Shown: positions 9,478 to 19,087, numbered from the stretch's first letter. The stretch: 24,000 nucleotides of DNA from Candidatus Limnocylindrales bacterium (GCA_038237595.1 JBBRYO010000008.1:3828-27827); one strand, 5' to 3'. Translations and numbers: made by a program. The notes: a model not told the origin generated them from the letters alone.

Positions 9478-11915
9478 GCACGGAGCACGCCCGGGTCGTC
9501 GTCATCGGCGGCGGCGTCGGTGGCACGAGCATCGCCTACCACCTGACGCTGCTCGGCTGGAACGACGTGGTCCTGCTCGAGCGCGCGGACCTGACGAGCG
9601 GATCGACGTTCCACTCGGCAGGGCTGGTCGGGCAGCTGCGCAGCACCACGAGCCTGACGCGGATGATGATGTATGGCACCGACCTCTACCGTCGCCTGCT
9701 GGACGAGACCGGCGTCGATCCCGGCTGGCACGAGGTCGGCTCCCTGCGTTTGGCGAGCACGCCCGAGCGGATGGAGGAGCTGCGACGCCAGGCGGCCTGG
9801 GCGCGGACCTTCGGGCTGCCGCTGGAACTGATCGGGCCGGACGAGGCAAAGCGCGCCTTCCCCCTCATGTCGGCGGATGGGGTACTCGGGGCCATCTTCC
9901 TGCCGACGGATGGGTGGCTGGATCCCTCGGGGCTGGCGCTCGCCATGGCAGCCGGTGCTCGCGCCGGCGGAGCGATCATCCGGACGCAGACGAGGGTCGT
10001 GGGGATCGCTGTTGAACGGGGGCGCGTGACCGGCGTCGACGTTGACTGCCGCGGCGAGCGCTCGACGATCAGCGCGGAGGTGGTCGTCAACGCCGCCGGA
10101 ATGTTCGCGCCCGAGATTGGCCGCCTCGCTGGCGTGACCGTGCCGATCATCCCGATGGCACACCAGTACGTCTTCACGGAACGCATCGATGGCGTCAGCG
10201 CCGGACTTCCAGCCCTCCGCGATCCCGACAATCTGTGCTACTTCCGCGAAGAGGTCGGCGGCCTGTGCATGGGCGGCTACGAGCGGATCCCGGCGCCGTG
10301 GTCGCTCGACGGCGTGCCTGCGGACTTCAACGGCAAGCTCCTGGCTCCCGACTGGCCGCGCTTCGAGGAGATCATGGCCGGCGCCATCCGCCGCGTGCCG
10401 GCCATCGCGGACGCCGGCATCAGCCGGCTGATCAACGGGCCTGAGGCCTTCACGCCGGACAACGAGTTCATCCTCGGCGAGTCGGACGTGCGGGGGTTCT
10501 TCGTGGCGGCCGGCTTCTGCGCGCACGGGATCGCGGGGGCGGGCGGCATCGGCCATCAGATGGCGCAGTGGATCGTCGAGGGCGAGCCAGAGCTCGATCT
10601 CTGGAAGATGGACATCCGCCGCTTCGGGCCGCAGTACCGCTCTCCCGCCTACGCCCTCGCGCGCACGACCGAGGTCTACGCCACCTACTACGACATCCAC
10701 TATCCCAACGAGGAGCACCGTGCGGGACGGCCGCTGCGCCTCTCCCCGGCCTACGAGGAGCTCGTTGCGCTGGACGCCGAGTTCGGGGAGAAAGGCGGCT
10801 GGGAGCGACCCAACTGGTTCGCCTCGAACGAGGCCGCCGGGGACGAGCGGCTTCGGCCGCGGGGCTGGGCGGGCCAGCACTGGTCGCCGGCAATCGGCGC
10901 GGAGGCGCTTGCCACCCGGAACGCGGCCGCGCTCTTCGACGAGAGCAGCTTCGCCAAGCTTGAGGTGACCGGACGCGGCGCGCTGTCGCTGCTCCAGCAC
11001 CTGTGCGCCAACGACATGGATCGCCCGGTGGGTGCCGTCACCTACACGCAGATGCTGAACCGCCGCGGCGGCATCGAGGCCGATTTCACCGTCACGCGGC
11101 TGGCGGAGGCGCGTTTCCTGATCGTGACCGGCACGGCCTTCGGAAACCACGACCAGACATGGATCGTGAAGCACCTGCCGGACGATGGCTCCGCGGAGGT
11201 CCGGGACATCACGTCGTCCCGGGCGTGCCTCGGCCTTTGGGGGCCACGGGCACGCGACATCCTCGGGCCGCTCACCAATGCCGACCTCGGCAACGAGGCC
11301 TTCCCGTACCTGACCGCGCAGGAAATCACGGTCGGGTTCGTGCCCTGTCTCGCGCTGAGGGTGACCTACGTCGGGGAGCTCGGCTGGGAGCTGTATCCGC
11401 CTGCCGAGTACGGCCGCGCTCTCTGGCGATTGATCTGGGATGCCGGGCGGGAGCACGGCCTCCTTGCGGGCGGCTACCGCGCGATCGAGGCGCTGCGGCT
11501 CGAGAAGGGCTACCGCGTCTGGTCGAGCGACATCACGCCGGAGGAGACGCCCGACGAGGCCGGACTCGCATTCGCGGTCAAGGCCGACAAGCCGGGCGGC
11601 TTTCTCGGTCGTGACGCGCTCATGGAGCGGCGGGCGGCACCGCTCACGAGGCGGCTCCGCTGCCTTGTTCTGGACGAGCCGCTCGCCGTGTGCCTCGGCA
11701 ACGAACCGGTACGCCTCGAGGGGGAGGTCTGCGGTCGGGTCACCTCAGGTGGCTACGGCTTCGCGGTCGAGCTTAGCATCGCGTACGCCTATCTCCTGCC
11801 CGAGCGCTCCAAGCCCGGCGCGCGCGTCGAGATCGACGTCTTCGGCGAATGGATCGGGGCGAGCGTCGAGCGCGAACCGCTCTACGACCCGTCGGGCGAG
11901 CGGATCCGCGCATGA
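9474..11915 (+). CDS. FAD-dependent oxidoreductase fused to an aminomethyltransferase (GcvT) folate-binding domain; dimethylglycine/sarcosine dehydrogenase/oxidase-like
   Basis: N-terminal Rossmann motif RVVVIGGGVGGTSIAYHL...SGSTFHSAGL. The C-terminal GcvT-like region includes LFDESSFAKLEVTG, RLEKGY and PLYDP. GTG 9474 overlaps the GNAT stop (GTGA). The upstream part of the 863-aa ORF is an alternate frame of the GNAT gene. Confidence 0.85.
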   Translation: MSTEHARVVVIGGGVGGTSIAYHLTLLGWNDVVLLERADLTSGSTFHSAGLVGQLRSTTSLTRMMMYGTDLYRRLLDETGVDPGWHEVGSLRLASTPERMEELRRQAAWARTFGLPLELIGPDEAKRAFPLMSADGVLGAIFLPTDGWLDPSGLALAMAAGARAGGAIIRTQTRVVGIAVERGRVTGVDVDCRGERSTISAEVVVNAAGMFAPEIGRLAGVTVPIIPMAHQYVFTERIDGVSAGLPALRDPDNLCYFREEVGGLCMGGYERIPAPWSLDGVPADFNGKLLAPDWPRFEEIMAGAIRRVPAIADAGISRLINGPEAFTPDNEFILGESDVRGFFVAAGFCAHGIAGAGGIGHQMAQWIVEGEPELDLWKMDIRRFGPQYRSPAYALARTTEVYATYYDIHYPNEEHRAGRPLRLSPAYEELVALDAEFGEKGGWERPNWFASNEAAGDERLRPRGWAGQHWSPAIGAEALATRNAAALFDESSFAKLEVTGRGALSLLQHLCANDMDRPVGAVTYTQMLNRRGGIEADFTVTRLAEARFLIVTGTAFGNHDQTWIVKHLPDDGSAEVRDITSSRACLGLWGPRARDILGPLTNADLGNEAFPYLTAQEITVGFVPCLALRVTYVGELGWELYPPAEYGRALWRLIWDAGREHGLLAGGYRAIEALRLEKGYRVWSSDITPEETPDEAGLAFAVKADKPGGFLGRDALMERRAAPLTRRLRCLVLDEPLAVCLGNEPVRLEGEVCGRVTSGGYGFAVELSIAYAYLLPERSKPGARVEIDVFGEWIGASVEREPLYDPSGERIRA

Positions 11916-12769
11916 GCGCGTCGTTCGCGCCGCCGCCCGCCGGGACTCCCATGGCGGGCTGGCTGAGGCTGGCACTCGAGCTCAGTGATGAGGCCGACGT
12001 CATCGCCCTTGCCCATTTCCGGCGCGACATGCGGATCGAGACCAAGCCCGACCGCTCGTTCGTCACGGAAATCGACCAGGCCATCGAGGCCGCCATCCGC
12101 CGCCGGCTCGAGGTGGCCCACCCGGACCACGGCCTGGTCGGCGAGGAATACGGCGAGGATCGAGGGTCGGCACGGCGGCGCTGGTACATCGACCCGATCG
12201 ACGCGACCCACAACTACATGCGCGGCATCCCGATCTTCGGCACGCTGCTGGCGCTCGAGGAGGACGGCGAGATCGTGCTCGGCGTTATGAGCGCGCCGGC
12301 CCTCGGCAGCCGCTGGCTGGCGTGGCGCGGAGGCGGTGCGTGGGCCGTCGACCAGCTGAGCGGCGGCGTCCACGAACTCGCGAACGCGCGCCAGCTGCAC
12401 GTCTCGGGGATCGCGCGCCTGGAGGACGCGCAGCTGCTCTTTTCGCCGCCCGGCGAAGGCGATACGGCGGCCTGGGCTCCCGGCCTTGACGAGACGCTGC
12501 GGACCGTCTGGCGCTCGCGTGGGTTCGGCGATTTCTGGAGCTATGCCCTGGTCGCGGAGGGCGCGGCCGAGGCCATGGTCGAGGAGGGCATGCACACCTG
12601 GGACCTTGCCGCGGCCATGGTGATCCTCGAGGAGGCCGGAGGAAGGCTCACCGACCTCGACGGAAATCGCACGATTCATGGTCGTGGCGCGCTCGCCTCG
12701 AATGGTTCACTGCACGAGGCTCTGCTCGTTTCGCTGCTGAAACCCGCCCGAGGCCACGAATCCGCTTGA
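11912..12769 (+). CDS. Inositol-monophosphatase-family phosphatase, HisN-like (possible histidinol-phosphatase)
   Basis: LALELSDEADVIALAHF...ETKPDRSFVTEIDQAIE...GLVGEEYG...WYIDPIDATHNYMRG...WDLAAAMVILEEAGG. ATG 11912 overlaps the preceding TGA (ATGA). Confidence 0.8.
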   Translation: MSASFAPPPAGTPMAGWLRLALELSDEADVIALAHFRRDMRIETKPDRSFVTEIDQAIEAAIRRRLEVAHPDHGLVGEEYGEDRGSARRRWYIDPIDATHNYMRGIPIFGTLLALEEDGEIVLGVMSAPALGSRWLAWRGGGAWAVDQLSGGVHELANARQLHVSGIARLEDAQLLFSPPGEGDTAAWAPGLDETLRTVWRSRGFGDFWSYALVAEGAAEAMVEEGMHTWDLAAAMVILEEAGGRLTDLDGNRTIHGRGALASNGSLHEALLVSLLKPARGHESA

Positions 12770-12844
12770 CGCGGGGCCGACTGCGGACGATGCTTCCGCG
12801 CAATCCGCGTGAGGGAGCGGAAATGGCGGGGCGAGGAGGGCGGA

Positions 12845-14473
12845 GTGGCGAGCGAACCGACTACGGCTTCAGAACAGGCGGCGCTGGATGATGCGCACCT
12901 TCAATCGTTGGGCATCAAGCCTCAGCTGGACCGGTCGCTGGGGTTCCTGTCCAACTTCGCCGTTGCATTCAGCTACATCTCGGTGTCGACCGGAACGTTC
13001 ACGCTGTTTGCGCTTGGGATCGGAGTGGGAGGGCCGGCTTTCTTCTGGGCATGGCCGCTGGTGATCATCGGCCAGACATTCGTGGCCCTCAATTTCGCCG
13101 AGCTGGCCAGCCACTTCCCGGTTGCAGGTTCGATCTATCAGTGGTCGAAGCGCCTCTCCAACAAGACCCTCGGCTGGTTCACAGGCTGGATGTACTTCTG
13201 GGCCGGCGTGCTCACGACCACGGCCGTTGCGGTGACGGTGCCACTCGTGCTCTCGACGATCCTCAACTTCAAGCTGACCGATCCATCGCCGTTGTCATTC
13301 ATGAACAACCAGGTCTTCTGGGCGCTCATCGCACTGATCACGACCACCCTCATCAATGCGTTCGGCGTTCGACTCATGGCCGCCATCAACAACGTCGGAG
13401 TGGCCGCGGAGATCCTGGGTCTGATCGTATTCGGGCTGATCCTTCTCATCTTCTTCAATCATCAGCCACTGTCCGTTCTGACCCAGTCAGCGAACCTGGA
13501 AGAACTCAACCACTCAGGACCGCTTCCCATCTTCCTTGTGGCCATGTTCATGGCGCTCTTCGTGGTCTACGGCTTCGACACTGCCGGCACCTTTGCAGAG
13601 GAAACCATCGGCGCCGCCAAGCAGGCGCCGCGTGGAATCCTGAGCGCGATCTGGCTGTCCGGACTCGCAGGCGCGATCTTCCTGCTGGCGATCATCCTCT
13701 CCTTCAAGGACATGGGCGCGGCAATTGCCTCGGGCCAGAACTTCGGTCTCCCGATCGCAGACACGTTGATCGCGAACCTGGCCGACTTCGGCAAGGTGTA
13801 CCTGATCGTCATCCTGGTCGCCGTTTACGTCTGCACTATGGCGATCCAGGGGGCAACAACCCGCCTGATGTTCTCGATGGGGCGCGACGGGCGTCTGCCC
13901 TTCAGTGGTGTCTGGGGCCACGTCAGCCCGCGCTTCAAGACGCCAGCCAATGCAGCGGTGGCAGTTGGCGTGCTGGCGGCAATCCCGTTCCTGATGACCG
14001 ACAGCGCGGCCGTGCTGGCGGGCTTCGCCACAGGTTTGATCTACATCAGCTACTTCATGTGCAACCTTGGCGTTCTCATGGCACGGCGCCGTGGCTGGCC
14101 ACACAAGCCGGCCTGGTTCAGCCTGCGGCGATGGGGCACGGTGCTCAACGTCCTTGCGCTGATCTGGGGTGGCGCAATGATCATCAACTTCTCCCTGTGG
14201 CGAAGTGACCTGTTCGGATCGTTTGGAACAGCCACCTACAACCTCGCGGACGGCACGCCATATGCCCTACGGGACCTCACCAACCCCTATCTGAACGAGC
14301 TCGTGGTCAACGGCTCCAAACTGAGCTTCTTCCCGGCCATTCCGTTCTTCGAGGCGACCGTTCTGCTCATCGTGGTGACTGGCTTGGCCTACTACGTCGC
14401 CGTGGAACGGAGCCGGATCGCTCGGGAAAAGGTGGAAACCGACGCCGCCACCGGCGAGGCGGTCATCGCCTGA
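12845..14473 (+). CDS. APC-superfamily amino acid/amine permease (about 12 predicted TM segments)
   Basis: FPVAGSIYQWSKRL motif and many hydrophobic helices. GTG 12845 is preferred over the ORF-track GTG at 12809 because GAGGAGGG (12833-12840) sits 4 nt upstream. Substrate cannot be told from sequence alone. Confidence 0.85.
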   Translation: MASEPTTASEQAALDDAHLQSLGIKPQLDRSLGFLSNFAVAFSYISVSTGTFTLFALGIGVGGPAFFWAWPLVIIGQTFVALNFAELASHFPVAGSIYQWSKRLSNKTLGWFTGWMYFWAGVLTTTAVAVTVPLVLSTILNFKLTDPSPLSFMNNQVFWALIALITTTLINAFGVRLMAAINNVGVAAEILGLIVFGLILLIFFNHQPLSVLTQSANLEELNHSGPLPIFLVAMFMALFVVYGFDTAGTFAEETIGAAKQAPRGILSAIWLSGLAGAIFLLAIILSFKDMGAAIASGQNFGLPIADTLIANLADFGKVYLIVILVAVYVCTMAIQGATTRLMFSMGRDGRLPFSGVWGHVSPRFKTPANAAVAVGVLAAIPFLMTDSAAVLAGFATGLIYISYFMCNLGVLMARRRGWPHKPAWFSLRRWGTVLNVLALIWGGAMIINFSLWRSDLFGSFGTATYNLADGTPYALRDLTNPYLNELVVNGSKLSFFPAIPFFEATVLLIVVTGLAYYVAVERSRIAREKVETDAATGEAVIA

Positions 14474-14481
14474 CGGCAGTC

Positions 14482-15444
14482 ATGGCGGACGACGAGCTCG
14501 AGGGCGAGCTCCGCGAGCGACTCATCGCCGCCATGCAGCGGGTGCCCGAGCTCGTCGGGCGCCCGCTCCACCTCACCGCGCTGTCCGGCGGCATCACCAA
14601 CCGCAACTTCCGCGTGGACATTGACACGGACGACGCGATGGGCGCGTACGTCATACGCCTTGGCGGCAACGACACGCACCTGCTCGGTATCAGCCGCGAG
14701 GTGGAGCACGCGGCCACCGTGGCCGCGGCGGGGGTGGGGGTCGGGCCCGAAGTGGTTGCGTACCTACGGCCCGAGGGGTACCTGCTGACGCGGTTCATCG
14801 AGGGCGGTCCGATCTCGGACGAGGAGGTCCACCGGCCGGCCACGATCCGCCGGGTCGCCGATTCGCTGCGGCGCATCCACGACGGCCCGGCAATCCCGGG
14901 GATCTTCATGCCGTACCGCATCGGCGAGGCGTACTGCGCGCTGGCCGCGGCACGGGGCGTCCCGATCCCCGCCATCTACGAGGAGGCCCACGAGCAGGTC
15001 CGACTAATCGAGATCGCGCTCCTCCAGCATCCCATTGCCATGCGGCCGTGCCACAACGACCTGCTGAATGCCAACTTCATCGACGACGGCGCCAGGATCC
15101 GCATCGTGGACTGGGAGTACGCCGGCATGGGGGACCCGTTCTTTGACCTTGGCAACTTCTCGGTGAACCACGGCCTCTCGCCGGCGGAGGACGCGGTGCT
15201 GCTCGAGGCCTACGCCGGCGACCTGCATCCCGACCGATTGGCCCGGCTGCGCCTGATGCGCGTCATGTCCGACTTTCGCGAGGGAATGTGGGGCGTGCTC
15301 CAGCAGGCCATCAGCTCGCTGGACGTCGACTTCGTCAGCTACGCCAACCATCACCTGACCAGGCTGCTGGCAAACGCAGCTGAGCCGGTCTTCGCGGAGG
15401 CCATCGAGGCCGTCGCCCGGGCTGATCGCAGGTCGCGACCCTAG
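14482..15444 (+). CDS. Choline/ethanolamine-kinase-family (APH-fold) phosphotransferase
   Basis: LSGGITNRNFRV nucleotide-binding motif, Brenner motif HNDLLNANFI, and IVDWEYAGMGDPFFDLGNF (choline-kinase motif). Starts 8 nt after the permease stop. Confidence 0.8.
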   Translation: MADDELEGELRERLIAAMQRVPELVGRPLHLTALSGGITNRNFRVDIDTDDAMGAYVIRLGGNDTHLLGISREVEHAATVAAAGVGVGPEVVAYLRPEGYLLTRFIEGGPISDEEVHRPATIRRVADSLRRIHDGPAIPGIFMPYRIGEAYCALAAARGVPIPAIYEEAHEQVRLIEIALLQHPIAMRPCHNDLLNANFIDDGARIRIVDWEYAGMGDPFFDLGNFSVNHGLSPAEDAVLLEAYAGDLHPDRLARLRLMRVMSDFREGMWGVLQQAISSLDVDFVSYANHHLTRLLANAAEPVFAEAIEAVARADRRSRP

Positions 15445-15629
15445 CGGGTTCCGGCCAGGAAGCGCCAGGGAACGTTCGCGAGGACCTGGCGAAACCCGAC
15501 CATCCGTCCGGGCGCTTGGACCGCCTGTGCTACGCTCGTTCGCCTGCGGGCCACGCTCGCCAACCCTCGAGCACCGCATCAAGCCGTCGGGATGGTTGTC
15601 GCTTCCGCGGCTGGTTTCTCGGAGCGCCA

Positions 15630-16499
15630 GTGACCGATTCACCCTACCGAGCCGGGCTGCGAGCCACTTCCCCGTCAGGGATTGCGAGCGCCAACGAGGC
15701 TGTTGCTGTCGACGCGCCCGAGGCTCAGCCGGCTGAGGGAGAGCGCGAACCGCGCCTGCTTCGCCCCTTCCAGCCTGCCGACGGACGATCAGAGGCGGCA
15801 CGCCCGACCCGTGCGTCGATCAAGCTCGACGAGGTCAGCAAGGTCTACCCCAACGGCAAGACAGCCCTCAACGACGTGGACCTCGTCGTCCCCGAGGGGG
15901 ATTTCGTGTTCCTCGTGGGGCCGTCGGGCGCCGGCAAGAGCACGCTCATCAAGCTCGTCGTCCACGACGAGGAAGCGACACACGGCATCGTTCAGGTGGC
16001 CGGCCACGACCTCTCGCGGATGAAGCGCGGAGACATCCCGAAGCTGCGACGCCGGATCGGGATCGTGTTCCAGGACTTCAAGCTCCTGCCGCGCAAGACT
16101 GTTCGCGAGAACGTCTCGTTCGCGCTGGAGGTCACGGGCACCCCTCGCCGGCAGATCCGCGCCACCGTCGACCGCGTCCTGGCGCTCGTCGGGCTGACCG
16201 ACCAGGTCGATCAGCGGCCGGGCCAGCTCTCCGGCGGCGAGCAGCAGCGCACGGCGATCGCTCGCGCGATGGTCCACGACCCGCGGCTGATCATCGCCGA
16301 CGAGCCGACCGGCAACCTGGATCCGCTCATCAGCTGGGAGATCATCCAGCTGCTGCTGCGCATCAACGACCTCGGCACCACCGTGCTGATGGCCACGCAC
16401 AACGCGGAGGTCGTGACCGCGCTGCGCAAGCGCGTCGTCGCGCTCGAGGCCGGCAGGATCGTGCGGGACGAGGTGGGCGGCTACCACCGTGACTACTGA
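15630..16499 (+). CDS. ftsE: Cell-division ABC ATPase FtsE (start uncertain; apparent disordered N-terminal extension of about 63 aa)
   Basis: [10 protein letters not shown]...GPSGAGKST (Walker A)...LSGGEQQR (signature)...[12 protein letters not shown] (Walker B). The conserved core begins near 15819, but no ATG/GTG/TTG lies in frame there. The nearest canonical start is GTG 15630, 5 nt after GGAG. Confidence 0.85.
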   Translation: MTDSPYRAGLRATSPSGIASANEAVAVDAPEAQPAEGEREPRLLRPFQPADGRSEAARPTRASIKLDEVSKVYPNGKTALNDVDLVVPEGDFVFLVGPSGAGKSTLIKLVVHDEEATHGIVQVAGHDLSRMKRGDIPKLRRRIGIVFQDFKLLPRKTVRENVSFALEVTGTPRRQIRATVDRVLALVGLTDQVDQRPGQLSGGEQQRTAIARAMVHDPRLIIADEPTGNLDPLISWEIIQLLLRINDLGTTVLMATHNAEVVTALRKRVVALEAGRIVRDEVGGYHRDY

Positions 16500-16526
16500 G
16501 GCGGATGTGAGCCGGGGGAACGCGCC

Positions 16527-17426
16527 GTGATCGGCTTCGTCGCCTTCACTATCAAGCAGGGCTTCCAGGGCCTGTGGCGAAACCGGGTCATGAGCTTCGC
16601 CGCGGCGGCCACCATGGCCATGATGCTCATGCTCCTGGCCGGCCTGGTGATCGTGCTCACGATCATGCAGCTGGGCGCCGTCTACATCGAGAGCAAGGTC
16701 GAAGTTCGCGCGCAGCTCAACGACGGCGTCACGCAGCAGCGGGTCGACGAGCTCACGGGGCAGCTGCGGGCCCTGCCCGAGGTCTCGAGCGTGGGCTACA
16801 TCAGCAAGGAGCAGGCTCTCGAGGAGTTCCGGCTCCAGCGCGCGCGAGCCGGCGAGGACGATCTCTCGCAGTACCTCGGCTACAACCCTTTCCCGGCGCA
16901 GCTGACCATCAAACTCCTCGATCCCAAGCAGTCGTCCGAAGTGCACCAGACACTGGATGCGGCCGTCGGGGTGGTGGCCAAGGTGCTCGACGACCAGAGC
17001 GACATCGACAAGCTGATCAACCTGATCGCCACGTTGCGCACCGTGGGCGTCGTGGTGCTGGCGGTGGTGGGCGTGGCGGTGCTGCTGATCGTGGTCAACG
17101 CCATCCGCATGGCGTTGATGTCGCGCGCCGAGGAGATCGAGATCATGCGGCTGGTCGGGGCCTCCGACCGCTTCATCCGCTGGCCGTTCGTCTTCGAGGG
17201 CCTGCTCGTCGGACTCGTCGCAGCCGGGGTCACGCTGGGCCTGCTTACCCTGGGCTCCGACACCATCAGCCAGCTCGTCTCCGCTGCGATTCCGGATCCC
17301 ACGGCCGTGCCGCCGGGAACGAGCCGCACGCTGGCCATCCAGCTCGCCTCACTGACGCTCGGCACCAGCCTGATCCTCGGCGGCGCCGGAGCCTGGATCT
17401 CGGTCCGCGCCTACCTGCGCCGCTGA
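16527..17426 (+). CDS. ftsX: Cell-division permease-like protein FtsX
   Basis: FTIKQGFQGLWRNRVMSFAA N-terminus, a large extracytoplasmic loop, then three C-terminal TM helices (FtsX topology). GTG start lies 7 nt after GGGGGA. Confidence 0.9.
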   Translation: MIGFVAFTIKQGFQGLWRNRVMSFAAAATMAMMLMLLAGLVIVLTIMQLGAVYIESKVEVRAQLNDGVTQQRVDELTGQLRALPEVSSVGYISKEQALEEFRLQRARAGEDDLSQYLGYNPFPAQLTIKLLDPKQSSEVHQTLDAAVGVVAKVLDDQSDIDKLINLIATLRTVGVVVLAVVGVAVLLIVVNAIRMALMSRAEEIEIMRLVGASDRFIRWPFVFEGLLVGLVAAGVTLGLLTLGSDTISQLVSAAIPDPTAVPPGTSRTLAIQLASLTLGTSLILGGAGAWISVRAYLRR

Positions 17427-17556
17427 GGCACAAGAAGGCGAAGAATCGACAACCTGCATCCCGGAGGGCTCGTCCAGACGTAGATTCAACAGCAGCCTCA
17501 GCGCCGGGCGACACCCCAGAAACGCCCGCCACCGTCACGCACTCCCGGAGATCCAG

Positions 17557-19032
17557 ATGTCCACGGTCCTCGATAACGACAGGCCCGGGCCCGCCCCCGC
17601 CACACCCGTCCAGGAGGCAGATCCCTCCGACGACACGCCTTCCGATCCACTGCCGGAGCTGATCCCGCTCGAGCCTTCAGCTGTCCACCCCCAGGCGCCC
17701 GCGACGAGCTTTCGACGGTCGCGAGTGGCGATCGCGGTGTCGCTCCTCGTGGTCGGGGTGCTGGCTGGGTCGGGGCTCTTCCTCGCCGGATTCACGCTGG
17801 GCGCACAGCACGAGCGCTCCCCCGGCACCAGCGTCGACGACCAGGCCCTCTTCGATCCCTACTGGCAGGCCTACCACAAGGTCGTCGACGAATACGTGGG
17901 CACGTTCACGACCAAGCAGCTGGTCGAAGGCTCGATCAAGGGCATGTTCCAGGCCCTGGGCGACCCGTATTCCTCGTACATGACCTCGGACGAGTACAAG
18001 GCCAGCCTGTCGGGCATCAGCGGGCAGTTCGAGGGCATCGGCGCGGAGATGAGCGCACTGGACGCCAAAGGCCAGGCTTGCACGCCGCTGGGGACCGCCT
18101 GCTTCCTTGATGTCGTCCGCGTCATACGCAAATCTCCAGCCGAGAAGGCGGGCCTGCTCGCGGGCGACGTCGTGACGGCCGTCGACGCCACGTCCGTTTC
18201 AGGCCAGACGGTCGATCAGTCGGTTGCGAAGATCCGGGGTCCGCGCAACACCGCCGTGAAGCTGTCCCTGCTGCGAGCCGGCAGGGCCTTCGACCTCTCG
18301 ATCACCCGCGACGTCATCCAATCGGAGGACGTCACAAGCGCCGCGCTCGCCAACGGCACGGTCGGCTACCTGAAGATCTCGGGCTTCAGCTCGGGCGCGG
18401 CGGCCGATTTCCAGTCGTTGCTCAAGGATCAGCTTGCGGGTGGCATCAAGAGCTACATCGTCGACCTGCGCGACGATCCGGGCGGCTTCGTGGACGCGGC
18501 ACTGAAGGTCGCCAGCCAGTTCGTCGGCTCGGGTCCCATCTACTGGGAGGAGCACGCCGGGGGCGTCCAGACCGCACAGCTCGCCGAGGCGGGCGGCATC
18601 GCCACGGATCCCTCCATCCGACTGGTCGTGCTCGTCAACGGCGGCTCGGCCAGCGCATCGGAGATCCTCGCGGGCGCGCTCCACGACACCGGGCGGGCCA
18701 CACTGGTCGGCGCCAGGACGTTCGGCAAGGGCACGATCCAGCAATGGATCCAGCTGCCGAACGACAGCGGCGGCTTCCGGCTCTCGATCGCGAAATGGCT
18801 GACGCCCGACAAGACGTGGATCCACGGCGTGGGCATCATGCCGGACGTGGTCGTGCCCGTCCCGGATGGCACGCCGCAGGGCGAGGATCCGCAGCTCGCC
18901 AAGGCGCTCGACCTTCTGACGGCGCCCGGATCGAGTTCGACGGCGGGGGCCGCGGGCGGCGCATCCCCGGAACCGACGTCGGCCCCGAAGCCTGCCGGGT
19001 ACGTTCGCCTCCTGGTGCCGCTCGCCGTCTGA
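17557..19032 (+). CDS. S41-family C-terminal processing peptidase (Ctp/Prc-like) with N-terminal membrane anchor and PDZ domain
   Basis: VLVNGGSASASEILAGAL (catalytic Ser region), RTFGKGTIQ (catalytic Lys), PDZ-like VVRVIRKSPAEKAGLLAGDVVTAVD. GGAG sits 6 nt upstream of the ATG. Confidence 0.9.
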   Translation: MSTVLDNDRPGPAPATPVQEADPSDDTPSDPLPELIPLEPSAVHPQAPATSFRRSRVAIAVSLLVVGVLAGSGLFLAGFTLGAQHERSPGTSVDDQALFDPYWQAYHKVVDEYVGTFTTKQLVEGSIKGMFQALGDPYSSYMTSDEYKASLSGISGQFEGIGAEMSALDAKGQACTPLGTACFLDVVRVIRKSPAEKAGLLAGDVVTAVDATSVSGQTVDQSVAKIRGPRNTAVKLSLLRAGRAFDLSITRDVIQSEDVTSAALANGTVGYLKISGFSSGAAADFQSLLKDQLAGGIKSYIVDLRDDPGGFVDAALKVASQFVGSGPIYWEEHAGGVQTAQLAEAGGIATDPSIRLVVLVNGGSASASEILAGALHDTGRATLVGARTFGKGTIQQWIQLPNDSGGFRLSIAKWLTPDKTWIHGVGIMPDVVVPVPDGTPQGEDPQLAKALDLLTAPGSSSTAGAAGGASPEPTSAPKPAGYVRLLVPLAV

Positions 19033-19087
19033 TCCCCCGACGCCAGCCGAGTCCGGCGGACTGTACGGTTCCGCCGTACGTCACCGC

